Virus record (IMG/VR): IMGVR_UViG_3300040815_002027
Length of the DNA stretch: 64,000 bases
Direction: 5' to 3' (one strand)
Origin: a virus
A model generated the notes under the pieces. The model saw nothing but the letters and a program-made list of their open reading frames with translations, searched no databases and had not been told where the DNA came from. Positions 47,222 to 57,905 of this stretch are shown here, piece by piece. A program made the position numbers and the translations under genes. Numbering within the stretch: position 1 is the first letter of the stretch; the number at the start of each line of letters is the position of its first letter.

Positions 47222-47995
47222 ATGTCAGAAATTAATTTGACCGCATTGCACAAATTGAGAAATTCTTCTATTGGTTTTAAAAAAAGAACTAACTCTATTG
47301 GAGATTATCTATGGACACCTCCAGAAGGTACGTCTACTGTTAGGATTCTTCCTTATGTACACCAAAAGGACATGCCTTTTGTTAGGATGTTTTTTCATTT
47401 TAACTTTCTAAAAGATGTTAGGGTACTTCTATCTCCTAGAACTTTTGGGGATAATGACCCTATTGATAGGTTTGGAGACTCTTTACGAGAGTCTGGAGAC
47501 CCTAGTAAGATCGAACTTGCAGATAGAGAGTACACTTCAGTAGAGAAGTTTTACTGTCCTATATTGATTAGAGGTCAGGAGGATAAAGGGATTAAGCTGT
47601 GGGCTTTGCACAGTAGTATTTTTAATGATCTTGTTGACCAGATTAGTTTAGTTGGCAGTAATTTCTTAGACTTGAAAGAGGGTAGAGATATTAATATTCG
47701 CTACTCAAAAAGTCCTAATTATGCTTATAAGGTACAGTTTGCTTCGCAACCAAGCCAGGCTTTTTCAGATCCTTCTTTTATAGAGAAACTTAAAGCTTTT
47801 CCTAATATTCAAGATTTGTATAAGAAGTATTCTATTGAAGAGATTCAGACTTTATTAGATAGAAAATTAGGATACACAGATCCTAGTAAAGTTTTTGTTA
47901 CCGATACCGCTCCACAATTTGATAGTTCTGCTATTTCTACTAATAGTGATAACTCCTCTAGCTTTGATGATTTGGTTAAAAATTTTGATTTTTAA
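47222..47995 (+). CDS. Single-stranded DNA-binding protein (gp32-like)
   Basis: W.P.EG...VRILP, DPI, EGRDI, acidic-aromatic tail FDDLVKNFDF. Confidence 0.75.
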   Translation: MSEINLTALHKLRNSSIGFKKRTNSIGDYLWTPPEGTSTVRILPYVHQKDMPFVRMFFHFNFLKDVRVLLSPRTFGDNDPIDRFGDSLRESGDPSKIELADREYTSVEKFYCPILIRGQEDKGIKLWALHSSIFNDLVDQISLVGSNFLDLKEGRDINIRYSKSPNYAYKVQFASQPSQAFSDPSFIEKLKAFPNIQDLYKKYSIEEIQTLLDRKLGYTDPSKVFVTDTAPQFDSSAISTNSDNSSSFDDLVKNFDF

Positions 47996-48013
47996 ATAAT
48001 TTAAATAGTAAAA

Positions 48014-49192
48014 ATGTCTAAAAAAAATAAAGTTGAGGGGGATGCCCTTCTGAATATAGGTAGGATGTTGACTGATGAGCTGAATAAGCACTACAAGAAC
48101 TCAGACAACAAGGCTTACTTTTTAGGAGAAGAGGAGGAAGCCGTTTCTAGTGTTACAGATTTTGTGTCCACTGGATGTACTCCTTTAGATTATGCTATTG
48201 CAAATAGGAGGAATGGTGGTATACCTGTAGGTAGGATTACTGAGATATACGGATTAGAAGGTAGCGGTAAATCTTTATTAGCCGCTCACCTTACTAAGTC
48301 TACACAACAAAAAGGCGGTCAAGTAGTCTACATAGATACTGAAAGTGCTGTAAGTAAGGAGTTTTTCTCTGCTATAGGTGTAGATTTAGATCGACTTATT
48401 CTAATACCTTTATCGGCTATAGAGGATATTTTTGAAACAATAGAAAAAGTTATTCATTCTTTTAGAGAGAAGAGTAAGGATATTCCTTTAACTATTATCG
48501 TAGACTCTATTATGGGGGCTACTACAAAAAAGGAGTTTGAGTCTGATTATCAAAAAGACGGATATGCTACTGACAAGTCTATTATAATCAGTAAGGCTAT
48601 GAGAAAGATGACTAACTTTGTAGGTATTAAGAAGGTAACTTTAGTATTTACTAATCAGTTAAGAATTAATCTTAATGCAGGTCCTTTTAGCCCTGATAAA
48701 TATATTACAAGTGGGGGTAAGGCTATTCCATTTGCCGCTTCTGTTCGTATACGTTTGAAGAGGGTAGGTAAGATACCTACACAAGGCACTGAGCTTTTAG
48801 GTTATAAGACAGAAGCTACTATTGATAAAAATAGATTAGGACCTCCCAAAAGAAAAGTTAATTACAGTATCTACTTTTCTAGAGGTATGGATGATATTGA
48901 TAGTATTTTAGAAGCTTTAGTTGACTATAACATTATAAGTAAGACTGGTGCTTGGAACTCTTTTACGTATAAAGACAAAGTTACTGGGGAGAAACATGAT
49001 ACTATTAAATTTCAAAATAAAGATTTTGTAGATTTAGTATTTAGCGATCCTTTATATAACGAGTATCTTTTAGATGAACTTGAGAAAGCTATGGTCATCC
49101 CTTATGATCCAGATAGTACTTTTGAAAAGATCTCTTACCAGGAAGATTCTAGTAAGCCTTTAGATGCTGATAGTATATTAGACTTTGACTAA
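48014..49192 (+). CDS. recA: RecA/UvsX recombinase
   Basis: GRITEIYGLEGSGKS, YIDTE, IIVDS, FTNQLR, SGGKAIPF. Confidence 0.95.
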   Translation: MSKKNKVEGDALLNIGRMLTDELNKHYKNSDNKAYFLGEEEEAVSSVTDFVSTGCTPLDYAIANRRNGGIPVGRITEIYGLEGSGKSLLAAHLTKSTQQKGGQVVYIDTESAVSKEFFSAIGVDLDRLILIPLSAIEDIFETIEKVIHSFREKSKDIPLTIIVDSIMGATTKKEFESDYQKDGYATDKSIIISKAMRKMTNFVGIKKVTLVFTNQLRINLNAGPFSPDKYITSGGKAIPFAASVRIRLKRVGKIPTQGTELLGYKTEATIDKNRLGPPKRKVNYSIYFSRGMDDIDSILEALVDYNIISKTGAWNSFTYKDKVTGEKHDTIKFQNKDFVDLVFSDPLYNEYLLDELEKAMVIPYDPDSTFEKISYQEDSSKPLDADSILDFD

Positions 49193-50219
49193 TAGTATGG
49201 ACGATAGCATTTTAGAACACTATAAAAAGTTTAGAGAAAACCAATACACCTCTAATAAGAGTAACGTAGTAATTATAGACGGTTTTAACTTGTTTATAAG
49301 ACACTATGAGGTTAATCCTAGAATAGATTCTACGGGATATCTTATAGGAGGTGTTTATGGTTTTTTTCAGAATCTTAAGAAAGTGTGTAAAGATTACATA
49401 CCTAAAGAGATATTTATTGTCTTTGATGGCAAAGGAGGAAGTCTTAGGAGAAAGAAGTTGCTAAAAGAATATAAGTCCTATAGAACTCCTTCTTCAAAAT
49501 ATAATAGATTTCCAGATACAAAAGGTGCTGTAGATGAAAATAATGAGAGAGCTTATCAGTTCTCTCAATTATTTGAAACTTTATCTTATTTGCCTATTAA
49601 GGTATTATCTGTAGATTATATAGAGGCTGATGACTGTATATCTTATTTATGTAGAGAGGTGTTTAGTTCTGAGGAGTATCTTAAAATAATTGTTAGTACA
49701 GATAAAGATTTTTTACATTTAATAGATGATAATACTTTTATCTATAGCCATGTAAAAAAACAACTTATAGATAAAGATAGAATGGTCTCTGAGTATGGGT
49801 ATTTACCTTTGAACTACTTAACTTTAAGATGCTTTACTGGCGACAGATCTGATAATATTAAAGGTGTAAAATATGTTGGCGAGAAGGGCTTAAACAAACA
49901 TTTTGACCTAGACTCTAAAGATACTGTCCTAGATGTAGAAACTGTTATAGAGAAAGCAGAAGAAGCTCTTAGCTCAGGTAAGAAAGATAAAATATTTGAG
50001 AATATAGTAAATAATAAACTTACTATAGACAGAAACTATAATCTTATGCAGTTACTAGAACCTTCTATATCTTCTATGAACAAAACTTTAATTAGCAACA
50101 TAATAGAAAAAGATCCTTTTGATTTTGATGCTAAATCTTTTTTTAGTAAATTGAGCGACTTCGGTTTTAATGTCGATAGAGATGAAATGAATTTTTGGTT
50201 ACGTATATTTAAAAAGTAG
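49185..50219 (+). CDS. 5'-3' exonuclease/RNase H (FEN-like)
   Basis: IIDGFN, VFDG, EYKSYR, EADD, STDKDF, GDRSDNIKGV. Confidence 0.9.
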   Translation: MTNSMDDSILEHYKKFRENQYTSNKSNVVIIDGFNLFIRHYEVNPRIDSTGYLIGGVYGFFQNLKKVCKDYIPKEIFIVFDGKGGSLRRKKLLKEYKSYRTPSSKYNRFPDTKGAVDENNERAYQFSQLFETLSYLPIKVLSVDYIEADDCISYLCREVFSSEEYLKIIVSTDKDFLHLIDDNTFIYSHVKKQLIDKDRMVSEYGYLPLNYLTLRCFTGDRSDNIKGVKYVGEKGLNKHFDLDSKDTVLDVETVIEKAEEALSSGKKDKIFENIVNNKLTIDRNYNLMQLLEPSISSMNKTLISNIIEKDPFDFDAKSFFSKLSDFGFNVDRDEMNFWLRIFKK

Positions 50220-50221
50220 AT

Positions 50222-51541
50222 ATGACAGATAGTTTTAATGTTTATGGAAGGGACTTTGAGACAAAAGTAGTCGCTTCCATATTAGAAGATAGTTCTTTTT
50301 TGGCACAGGCATCAGACATACTCAAGCCAGAGTACTTTGTTAATCCTTCATATTCTTGGGTAGTATCTTCTATATTGAGCTACTATGAGGAATACAAAAA
50401 GTCACCATCTTCTACAGTTATAAAGACTGAGATAGTAAATTCTGGGCGAGATGATAACTTCAAAACTGAAGCTTTCTTGTTTCTTAAAGATGCTAATGAA
50501 CAGTTAAAGTCCTCAGATCTATCTTATGTAAAAGATAAAGTATTACAGTTCTGTAAGAACAATGCTTTGAGAATAGCTATAAAAGATTCTATTCCTTTAC
50601 TAGAAAAGAACGATTTTGATTCAGTTAAGGTACTGATAGATAAGGCACATAAAATAGGCATGTCTAAAGATATCGGACATGTTTATAAAGATTCCTTTGA
50701 TCTTAGGTATTCGGAAGAGAGTAGGTATGCAGTAAAAACTCCCTGGAGTCCTATTAATAGGATAAGTCAAGGAGGCTTAGGTCCAGGAGAGTTAGGTATA
50801 GTAGTGGCTCCTTCTGGAGCAGGTAAGTCTTGGGTACTTAGTTCTTTAGGAGCATCCGCCGCAAAAGAAGGAAAGACAGTAGTACACTATACTTTAGAGT
50901 TAAATAAGATCTACACTTCTAAAAGATATGATAGTATTTTTAGTAAGTTTCAAAACTCAGAACTAGAAGTAAATAAAGAAGAGGTTAGGAAGATAGTAGA
51001 ATCTCTTAAAGGTAATATTGTTGTACAAGATTATCCTTCTAAAGGAGCTTCTATTAATACTATAAGAGGACATTTAGATAGGTGTATTGCTAATGAAATA
51101 GTTCCTGATCTTATTATAGTTGATTATGCTGATTTGTTGAAAGGAGGACATAAGGAGTTAAGAACAGAGTTAAACCAAATTTATATGAGTCTTAGGGAGC
51201 TGTCTAGTGAGTACAACTGTCCTGTATGGACTGCTTCTCAAAGTAATAGGTCTTCTATTGATGAGGAAGTAATACAAGCCAATAGGATAGCAGAAGATTA
51301 TTCTAAGATAGCTACTGGTGATTTTATAATATCTTTGGCTAGAAGGACAGAGGATAAGACTTCTGGTATCGCTAACATGCATATAATAAAAAATAGGTTT
51401 GGTCCTGATGGTATGACCTTTCCTTGTAGGTTCAACGCTTCTATAGGAGATATAGAAGTTCTGGAGAATCCTATAGATAATGCTGTATCACGTCCTGCTG
51501 TGAGTGGTAGTTTTGATGTTTCTAATTTTAGTTTTGATTAA
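50222..51541 (+). CDS. dnaB: Replicative DnaB-like helicase
   Basis: APSGAGKS, YTLE, IVDYADL, TASQ, KNRFG. Confidence 0.92.
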   Translation: MTDSFNVYGRDFETKVVASILEDSSFLAQASDILKPEYFVNPSYSWVVSSILSYYEEYKKSPSSTVIKTEIVNSGRDDNFKTEAFLFLKDANEQLKSSDLSYVKDKVLQFCKNNALRIAIKDSIPLLEKNDFDSVKVLIDKAHKIGMSKDIGHVYKDSFDLRYSEESRYAVKTPWSPINRISQGGLGPGELGIVVAPSGAGKSWVLSSLGASAAKEGKTVVHYTLELNKIYTSKRYDSIFSKFQNSELEVNKEEVRKIVESLKGNIVVQDYPSKGASINTIRGHLDRCIANEIVPDLIIVDYADLLKGGHKELRTELNQIYMSLRELSSEYNCPVWTASQSNRSSIDEEVIQANRIAEDYSKIATGDFIISLARRTEDKTSGIANMHIIKNRFGPDGMTFPCRFNASIGDIEVLENPIDNAVSRPAVSGSFDVSNFSFD

Positions 51542-51581
51542 TTTTTTATTATTTTAGTCTTGTTTTTAGGTTATAGTTTTA

Positions 51582-51589
51582 TATTTATA
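51582..51589 (+). promoter_or_regulatory. Putative late promoter TATTTATA upstream of the RNR genes
   Basis: Intergenic. Confidence 0.55.
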
Positions 51590-51615
51590 GTTGCATTCAT
51601 TTTAAAATAACTGCT

Positions 51616-52599
51616 ATGGAAAAGAGAAGAATTTTCGATGGTAGAACTAACATTCTACCATACGACTACCCGTCTTTACTTGAATATAAAGACGCTATTA
51701 GACACTCCTATTGGATTGATACAGAGTATAACTTTACTACAGACATTAACGATTTTAAAGTGAATGTATCTGAGTTAGAGCGGAGTATCATAAAAAAGAC
51801 TATGCTGGCAATATCTCAGATAGAGGTTAATGTAAAAACCTTTTGGGCAGATATGTACAAACGCATGCCTATTACTGAGATAGGTGATGTGGGTATGACT
51901 TTTGCCGAGAGTGAGGTAAGGCATAAAGATGCCTATGCACGTTTACTTAGAATTTTAGGATTAGAAGATGAGTTTAGGACTGTTGTGGATATTCCTGCTA
52001 TTAAAGATCGTATTGCCTATTTGTCTAAATATTTAGATGGTACTAGAAGTAGAGACGATAAAATGTATACTAAATCTGTATTATTATTTTCTCTATTCAT
52101 TGAGCATGTTTCTTTGTTTAGCCAGTTCCTTATTATGATGTCTTTTAATAAAGAAAAGAACATATTCAAAGGCATATCTAATGTTGTAGAAGCTACTTCT
52201 AAAGAAGAAGATATACATGGTAATTTTGGTGCGGAGATAATTAATATAATAAGAAAAGAGTATCCAGAGTGGTTTGATGATGACTTTACTTCTTTAATTT
52301 ATTCTGCATGTAATAAAGCCTATAAAGCAGAGTGTAAGATTTTAGATTGGATATTCGAAAATGGAGAATTAGAATTTTTATCAAAGAAGACTATTCAACA
52401 TTTTATTATGAATAGATTTAATAATTCTTTGGAGAAGATTGGAATAAAACCTTTATTTGCTGTAGATGCGACTGAATTAGAAAAAACTAAGTGGTTTGAT
52501 GTAGAGGTAACTTCTACTAAGGAAGGAGACTTTTTCTATAAGAGACAAATAGACTATTCTAAAAAACAGAAGTCTATTACTGAAGATGATTTATTTTAA
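51616..52599 (+). CDS. nrdB: Ribonucleotide reductase class I beta subunit (class Id-like)
   Basis: ISQIEVNVKTFW, ESEVRHKDAY, IEHVSLFSQF, EEDIH. Confidence 0.92.
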   Translation: MEKRRIFDGRTNILPYDYPSLLEYKDAIRHSYWIDTEYNFTTDINDFKVNVSELERSIIKKTMLAISQIEVNVKTFWADMYKRMPITEIGDVGMTFAESEVRHKDAYARLLRILGLEDEFRTVVDIPAIKDRIAYLSKYLDGTRSRDDKMYTKSVLLFSLFIEHVSLFSQFLIMMSFNKEKNIFKGISNVVEATSKEEDIHGNFGAEIINIIRKEYPEWFDDDFTSLIYSACNKAYKAECKILDWIFENGELEFLSKKTIQHFIMNRFNNSLEKIGIKPLFAVDATELEKTKWFDVEVTSTKEGDFFYKRQIDYSKKQKSITEDDLF

Positions 52600-52616
52600 A
52601 TTAAAAGATTAAAGAA

Positions 52617-55370
52617 ATGTCGTACGATAAATATTATTGGCTTAATGATGATGCAAGAACTTTCTTATCAAGAGGGTATATACAAGAATCTGCCGAAGAA
52701 AGAATTAAGGAAATAGCAGATGCTGCTGAAAGATTATTAGGTATCCAAGGGTTCTCTGAAAAGTTTGAAGACTATATGTCAAGAGGTTTTTATAGTCTTT
52801 CTACTCCTGTGTGGGTTAATTTCGCTAAAGATAAAGGACTGCCTATAAGTTGTTATGGCTCCTATGTTGATGATAGTATGGATTCTATGTTAGATGTTAC
52901 AAAAGAGATTGGAATGATGTCAAAATATGGAGGAGGAACTTCTGCTTATTTAGGTGATATACGGCCAAGAGGTGCTTCTATAAGAACTGGCGGTAAGGCT
53001 GATGGACCAGTACATTATGCTAAACTTTATGATACTGTTATAGATGTGTGTAAACAAGCTGAAGCAAGACGAGGTGCTTGTGCTGTATACTTACCCGTAG
53101 AACACGATGATATTTTGGAATTTTTAGATATTGCCACAGAAGGTAATCCTATTCAAAATTTACAGTATGGAGTTACTGTTGGAGATGAGTGGTTACAACA
53201 TATGAAAGATGGGGATTCCTATAAGAGAAAAGTTTGGGCGAAGATTATACAAAGAAGAGGAGAGATTGGACTTCCTTATATTATGTTCAGAACTACAGCT
53301 AACCTTAATACTCCTTACAAGTATTTACCTTATACTATAAAAGCGTCTAATCTATGTTTAACTTCTGATCAAAGGGTTGTTACCTCAAAAGGGTATTTAA
53401 CAGTACAAGAACTCTATGAAAGTGAGGAGGAGCTAATTTTGTTTGATGGAGAGAAAGAAGTTAAAGCATCAAAAATGTTATTAAGGGATGATAATTCAGA
53501 AGTTCTTAAAATAACTTATTCAAATGGAATGTCTCAAAAAGTAAGTCCTAATCACGGAATAGCTGTGTTAAATGATACTAAAAAAGATATAGTAAGAGTA
53601 GAGGCTAAAGATTTAAGAATAGGAGATTATGTTGCTACTCAAACTAATAAAGGTATCTTCGGAACAGTAGATATGAAAGATGAAGCATTTTTATTAGGAT
53701 TATATCAAGCAGATGGAACACAGCATAAAGATTCGATTATGATTGATATATGGGAAAATGATTTTGATTTAGTAGATGAAATCCAAGAAAAATTTAATAA
53801 AATACATTATGAATATGGTTGTGATACTTATCAAGTAGTTAATCAAACGGGCAAAACTAATTCTGTAAGAAAAAGAAAACCAGCTGAGTTCGTTGAGTGC
53901 TGTACTAACCAATCTACAGTTAGAAAGAAACGATTAACTTCAAGAACTTTAAAAAAAGCATTAAACTTTGAAAAAGGGTATGTTCCATCTTGGGTATGGG
54001 AGGCTAATGAAGAGACTGTATGGTCATATTTAAGAGGTCTTTTATATGCAGATGGTACAGCAAATTTAGGAACTTCTAACGGTAATCCATTACAAATAAG
54101 TTATGCTTGTATCAACAGAGGCTTTTTGGAAGAATTACAAGTATTATTTACAAATTTAGGACTCTCTTCTTCTATAAAAATATTAAGACATGCAGGAGAA
54201 ACTTTATTGCCTGATGGTAAAGGTGGTCATAAATATTATAATACTCAAGATTGTTGGCGATTAATATTTTCAAATAAAAATGATGCTTTAAAAATAGAAG
54301 AAAAAACATCTTTCCTAACAAGAAAAGGTGTGGTTATAGAGTCAAGAGATTACAGAGATAATTCTAAAAAAAGAGCAAAGGTAATATCCATAGAAAAATT
54401 AGAAAATGAACCAGTATACTGTCCGACTGTTTATACTGATGAGCATATTTTTGTTTCAAATGGGTTGAAAACTTTTAATTGTTCGGAGATAATGCTCCCT
54501 TCAGATGATGATGTATCTTTTGTTTGTTGCATAGGATCTATAAACTTACTACATTGGGATGAGATAGAGAAAACAGATGCTGTAGAAACCTATGTTTATT
54601 TTTTAAATGCAGTAATGGATGAGTTCATACAAAAGGCTTGGGATTTACCAGGAATGAAGAAAGCTCATAGATTCGCAAGAGAACATAGGGCAATAGGTGT
54701 AGGAGTTTTAGGGTATCACTCTTTACTTCAGTCTAAAAATATAGCTTTTGAGTCCTTACAAGCAAAGCAATACAATCATAAGATTTTTAGTACATTAAAA
54801 GAGCGTACAGATAAGGCTTCTCAAGATTTATATATGTCTATGCCTACAAAGTATCAATGTGTTAGAGATGGATATGCTAACTCTACTTTAATGGCTATTG
54901 CTCCTACAAAATCAAGTTCTTTTATTTTAGGTCAAGTATCTATGGGTATTGAGCCTATTAAGTCTAATTACTTCGTAAAAGATTTAGCAAAGATAAAGAC
55001 TGTATATAAGAATCCTTTCTTAAAAGCAGAGTTAGAAAAGTATAGTTTAGATACCGAAGAAGTTTGGGATAGCATTCTTAAAAAAGATGGATCCGTACAG
55101 CACTTAGATTTTCCTACAAAAGAAGTGTTCAAAACTTTTGTAGAGATTTCTCCAAAGGAAATAATTTTACAAGCAGCACAGAGGCAGAAGTATATAGACC
55201 AGTCTCAGAGTTTAAATTTACAAATACACCCTTCAATACCTGCTAAAGATATTAATCAACTATATTTATATGCTTGGGAGGAAGGTATCAAAACTCTGTA
55301 CTACCAGTTTAGTCAAAACTCTGCACAAATGTTTTCAAGAAATATTTTAGAATGTGTAAGTTGTGAGTAA
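52617..55370 (+). CDS. nrdA: Ribonucleotide reductase class I alpha subunit with intein, no ATP cone
   Basis: STPVW, LPISC, GGGTS, RRGA, SNL|..|CSE, VCCIGS, APTKSSS, DQSQS, KTLYY, C-terminal CxxC. Confidence 0.95.
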   Translation: MSYDKYYWLNDDARTFLSRGYIQESAEERIKEIADAAERLLGIQGFSEKFEDYMSRGFYSLSTPVWVNFAKDKGLPISCYGSYVDDSMDSMLDVTKEIGMMSKYGGGTSAYLGDIRPRGASIRTGGKADGPVHYAKLYDTVIDVCKQAEARRGACAVYLPVEHDDILEFLDIATEGNPIQNLQYGVTVGDEWLQHMKDGDSYKRKVWAKIIQRRGEIGLPYIMFRTTANLNTPYKYLPYTIKASNLCLTSDQRVVTSKGYLTVQELYESEEELILFDGEKEVKASKMLLRDDNSEVLKITYSNGMSQKVSPNHGIAVLNDTKKDIVRVEAKDLRIGDYVATQTNKGIFGTVDMKDEAFLLGLYQADGTQHKDSIMIDIWENDFDLVDEIQEKFNKIHYEYGCDTYQVVNQTGKTNSVRKRKPAEFVECCTNQSTVRKKRLTSRTLKKALNFEKGYVPSWVWEANEETVWSYLRGLLYADGTANLGTSNGNPLQISYACINRGFLEELQVLFTNLGLSSSIKILRHAGETLLPDGKGGHKYYNTQDCWRLIFSNKNDALKIEEKTSFLTRKGVVIESRDYRDNSKKRAKVISIEKLENEPVYCPTVYTDEHIFVSNGLKTFNCSEIMLPSDDDVSFVCCIGSINLLHWDEIEKTDAVETYVYFLNAVMDEFIQKAWDLPGMKKAHRFAREHRAIGVGVLGYHSLLQSKNIAFESLQAKQYNHKIFSTLKERTDKASQDLYMSMPTKYQCVRDGYANSTLMAIAPTKSSSFILGQVSMGIEPIKSNYFVKDLAKIKTVYKNPFLKAELEKYSLDTEEVWDSILKKDGSVQHLDFPTKEVFKTFVEISPKEIILQAAQRQKYIDQSQSLNLQIHPSIPAKDINQLYLYAWEEGIKTLYYQFSQNSAQMFSRNILECVSCE
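53355..54479 (+). mobile_element. Intein (375 aa) with LAGLIDADG endonuclease at the RNR catalytic Cys
   Basis: SNL|CLTSDQ ... VSPNH ... LLGLYQADG, LRGLLYADG ... VYCPTV..H.F..KTFN|CSE. Confidence 0.93.
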
Positions 55371-55582
55371 TGTTTTTAGTTGTTGTTTATAAGGAGTCAA
55401 AAAAAAGTAAAGAAAAAATTAGTATATTTACAGAAAATACTTTAGACGATTTGTTAAGTATATCCAAAAAAAAGCCTCTTCTTCCCTATGAGTACGAGAT
55501 AGTATACATAGGTGTGGGAGAGGCTTTTAAGGATAGATTTATACAGGAGTACGGTATTAGTTATAAAGAAAAAGATAAATAA
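55370..55582 (+). CDS. Hypothetical protein
   Basis: TAATG-coupled on both sides. Confidence 0.55.
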   Translation: MFLVVVYKESKKSKEKISIFTENTLDDLLSISKKKPLLPYEYEIVYIGVGEAFKDRFIQEYGISYKEKDK

Positions 55583-56919
55583 TGAAGTTACGATCAAATC
55601 AAATAGAACCTGTAAATAAAGGTGTAGAGTTTTTTAATAGTAAGGACGCAAAGCCTTCTATTATAGTGGCTCCTACTGCTTTTGGGAAGTCTGTGGTAAT
55701 AGCGAGTATAGCTGACAGGATACAAGACAAGGTTATCGTTCTGCAACCATCAAAAGAATTACTAGAACAGAACTACAACAAGTATATAAATTTGGGCGGA
55801 GAGGCTAATATATTTTCTGCATCAATGAATACTAAAGAGATAGGGAACGTCACTTACGCAACTATAGGCTCTATAGTAAAAGCATCTAAAAAAGTAAAAG
55901 AACTAGGGATAAAAAAAATAATAATAGATGAGTGTGATAGATTCCCAAGAGAGCCTTCAGGTATGTTGAGGAAATTCTTAAACGCTATAAACGCATCTCA
56001 TATCTTAGGCCTTACTGCTACTCCTTTAAAGTTACAGACTAATAGAGATTTAGATGGTAATAACTTTTCTAAACTAGTAATGCTTACTAACAGATCAAGT
56101 AAGGGTAATTTTTTTAAAGATATAATCTATGTAGCTCAGATAAAAGAAATACTAGAACTTAAATACTGGACTCCTATAGTTTATGAGTCTGTTAAGTTCG
56201 ATACTGATTTCTTACTATTTAATACTTCAAAGTCTGATTATACTGAAGACTCTATAAACTATGCCTATAGAGTATCTAATGTAGAGCAAACTATAATAGA
56301 TAAAGTTAGCTCTTTGACTGACAGAAAATCTATACTTATAGCTGTACCTAGTATACAAGAAGCCGAGTCTTTGTCAAAAAAGATACCAGGTTCTGCTGTA
56401 CTGCACAGCAAACTTAATAAAGTAGATAGAGATTATATAGTAGATAACTTTAAATCTGGGAACATAAAAGTTGTTGTTCAAGTTAATATACTTACAGTAG
56501 GGTTTGATTATCCAGAATTAGATTGTCTTATATGTGCAAGACCTACGTCTTCTCTTTCTTGGTGGTATCAATTTGTGGGGAGAGGAACAAGAATACACCC
56601 TGACAAAAAAGATGTACTGGTTATAGATTTGGTGGGTTCTTTAGAAAGATTTGGTAAGGTTGAGGATCTGGTATATAAACAAGATGATAAAGGAAGATGG
56701 GAGCTGTACGGAAAGAAAGAACAAAAACTTACTTCAGTACCTATACACGAGTTTAGTATGGAATCTACATCTGATGAAGTTATTATGACTTTTGGAAAAT
56801 ATAAAGGTATACCTATTAGTAGGATGCCTAAGAGATATATTAATTGGTTATTAGAGAATGTTAGTTGGTCAGAAGAACAGATGGAGCTTAGAAATAACCT
56901 AATTAATATAATAGAATGA
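55582..56919 (+). CDS. SF2 DExD helicase with C-terminal FGKYKG module
   Basis: APTAFGKS, IIDECD, GLTATP, LTVGFDYP, QFVGRGTR. Confidence 0.9.
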   Translation: MKLRSNQIEPVNKGVEFFNSKDAKPSIIVAPTAFGKSVVIASIADRIQDKVIVLQPSKELLEQNYNKYINLGGEANIFSASMNTKEIGNVTYATIGSIVKASKKVKELGIKKIIIDECDRFPREPSGMLRKFLNAINASHILGLTATPLKLQTNRDLDGNNFSKLVMLTNRSSKGNFFKDIIYVAQIKEILELKYWTPIVYESVKFDTDFLLFNTSKSDYTEDSINYAYRVSNVEQTIIDKVSSLTDRKSILIAVPSIQEAESLSKKIPGSAVLHSKLNKVDRDYIVDNFKSGNIKVVVQVNILTVGFDYPELDCLICARPTSSLSWWYQFVGRGTRIHPDKKDVLVIDLVGSLERFGKVEDLVYKQDDKGRWELYGKKEQKLTSVPIHEFSMESTSDEVIMTFGKYKGIPISRMPKRYINWLLENVSWSEEQMELRNNLINIIE

Positions 56920-57134
56920 GAAGACATTACAACAGTAAATCTTTAGAAGACTTATTGTTTAAAGCTGAAAAGAAAGGAATAAGGAAACAAGTAATAGATC
57001 TAGCTTATGAACTTAATAGAGAACATAATGTAGATTTTTTTGATTCTTTTTTTGATGCTTACTTAATTGTAAAAACTCAAAACATTTATAATAATGGAGC
57101 AAATACAGGAAACAAATATACTCATAGCAAATAG
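56916..57134 (+). CDS. Hypothetical protein
   Basis: ATGA overlap with the helicase gene. Confidence 0.45.
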   Translation: MRRHYNSKSLEDLLFKAEKKGIRKQVIDLAYELNREHNVDFFDSFFDAYLIVKTQNIYNNGANTGNKYTHSK

Positions 57135-57363
57135 AGTGCCTCCAGGAGATAGATGGATGTTAGTGGATGAGAATAATAAACCTGTAAATGGAGAAGTTAT
57201 AGAAGGCATTATAGAGGTTATGAGTGAGTATATGAGGAACAATGATTACAAAGGGGACTACAGACTGTCTCCTTTAAATGGAGAACTCTTCGTTATTAAG
57301 CACGATGTAATACAGGTAGAGAAGCCGAAGCCTAAAAAGTATGATTTATATGGTGAATTTTAA
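57094..57363 (+). CDS. Hypothetical protein
   Basis: 89-aa ORF, RVPPGDRW. Confidence 0.55.
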   Translation: MEQIQETNILIANRVPPGDRWMLVDENNKPVNGEVIEGIIEVMSEYMRNNDYKGDYRLSPLNGELFVIKHDVIQVEKPKPKKYDLYGEF

Positions 57364-57376
57364 ATAAAATAATGTT

Positions 57377-57628
57377 ATGAAAGAACAAGATTTAATTGAT
57401 TTAAACTTCGATAAAATAGAAGTATCCCAAGAAGAGTCGGGATGTAATGATGCATTCTATTACTACACATATGACTTCAAGAATTTTTCTCTTATTACAG
57501 CATCCAACGATGAAATATTAGATGATAATTCTTGGTATGTAGAAATATTTGAGTATGAAGATTTTAGATTTACTGATAGAGAAGATTTAGAAAAACTCAT
57601 AGAATTGTTGGAAGCTAATAGAGCGTAG
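57377..57628 (+). CDS. Hypothetical protein
   Basis: 83-aa acidic ORF. Confidence 0.55.
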   Translation: MKEQDLIDLNFDKIEVSQEESGCNDAFYYYTYDFKNFSLITASNDEILDDNSWYVEIFEYEDFRFTDREDLEKLIELLEANRA

Positions 57629-57632
57629 GTAT

Positions 57633-57905
57633 ATGGATTATATAATAGTGGCTGTATTGCAGATAATACAGTCTATTTTAAAAGTTTTTGATATAAAATA
57701 TAGTTATGAAAATAAAGTAGTATATTTAACTATTATCACTATCTTTATGTCTACTTTGTGGCTAATAGCTACGACAATAGGTGTGAATGCTGTTTTATCT
57801 GGAGATACTATTATGATGGCTGTTTATGTAGTGTCTTCTGGTATAGGAAAAATAATAGCTATAAAAGTATTCGGAAATCCTAGATATAGAAGAAAACATG
57901 TCTGA
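57633..57905 (+). CDS. Small membrane protein (3 TM)
   Basis: Three hydrophobic segments and a basic C-terminus. Confidence 0.6.
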   Translation: MDYIIVAVLQIIQSILKVFDIKYSYENKVVYLTIITIFMSTLWLIATTIGVNAVLSGDTIMMAVYVVSSGIGKIIAIKVFGNPRYRRKHV

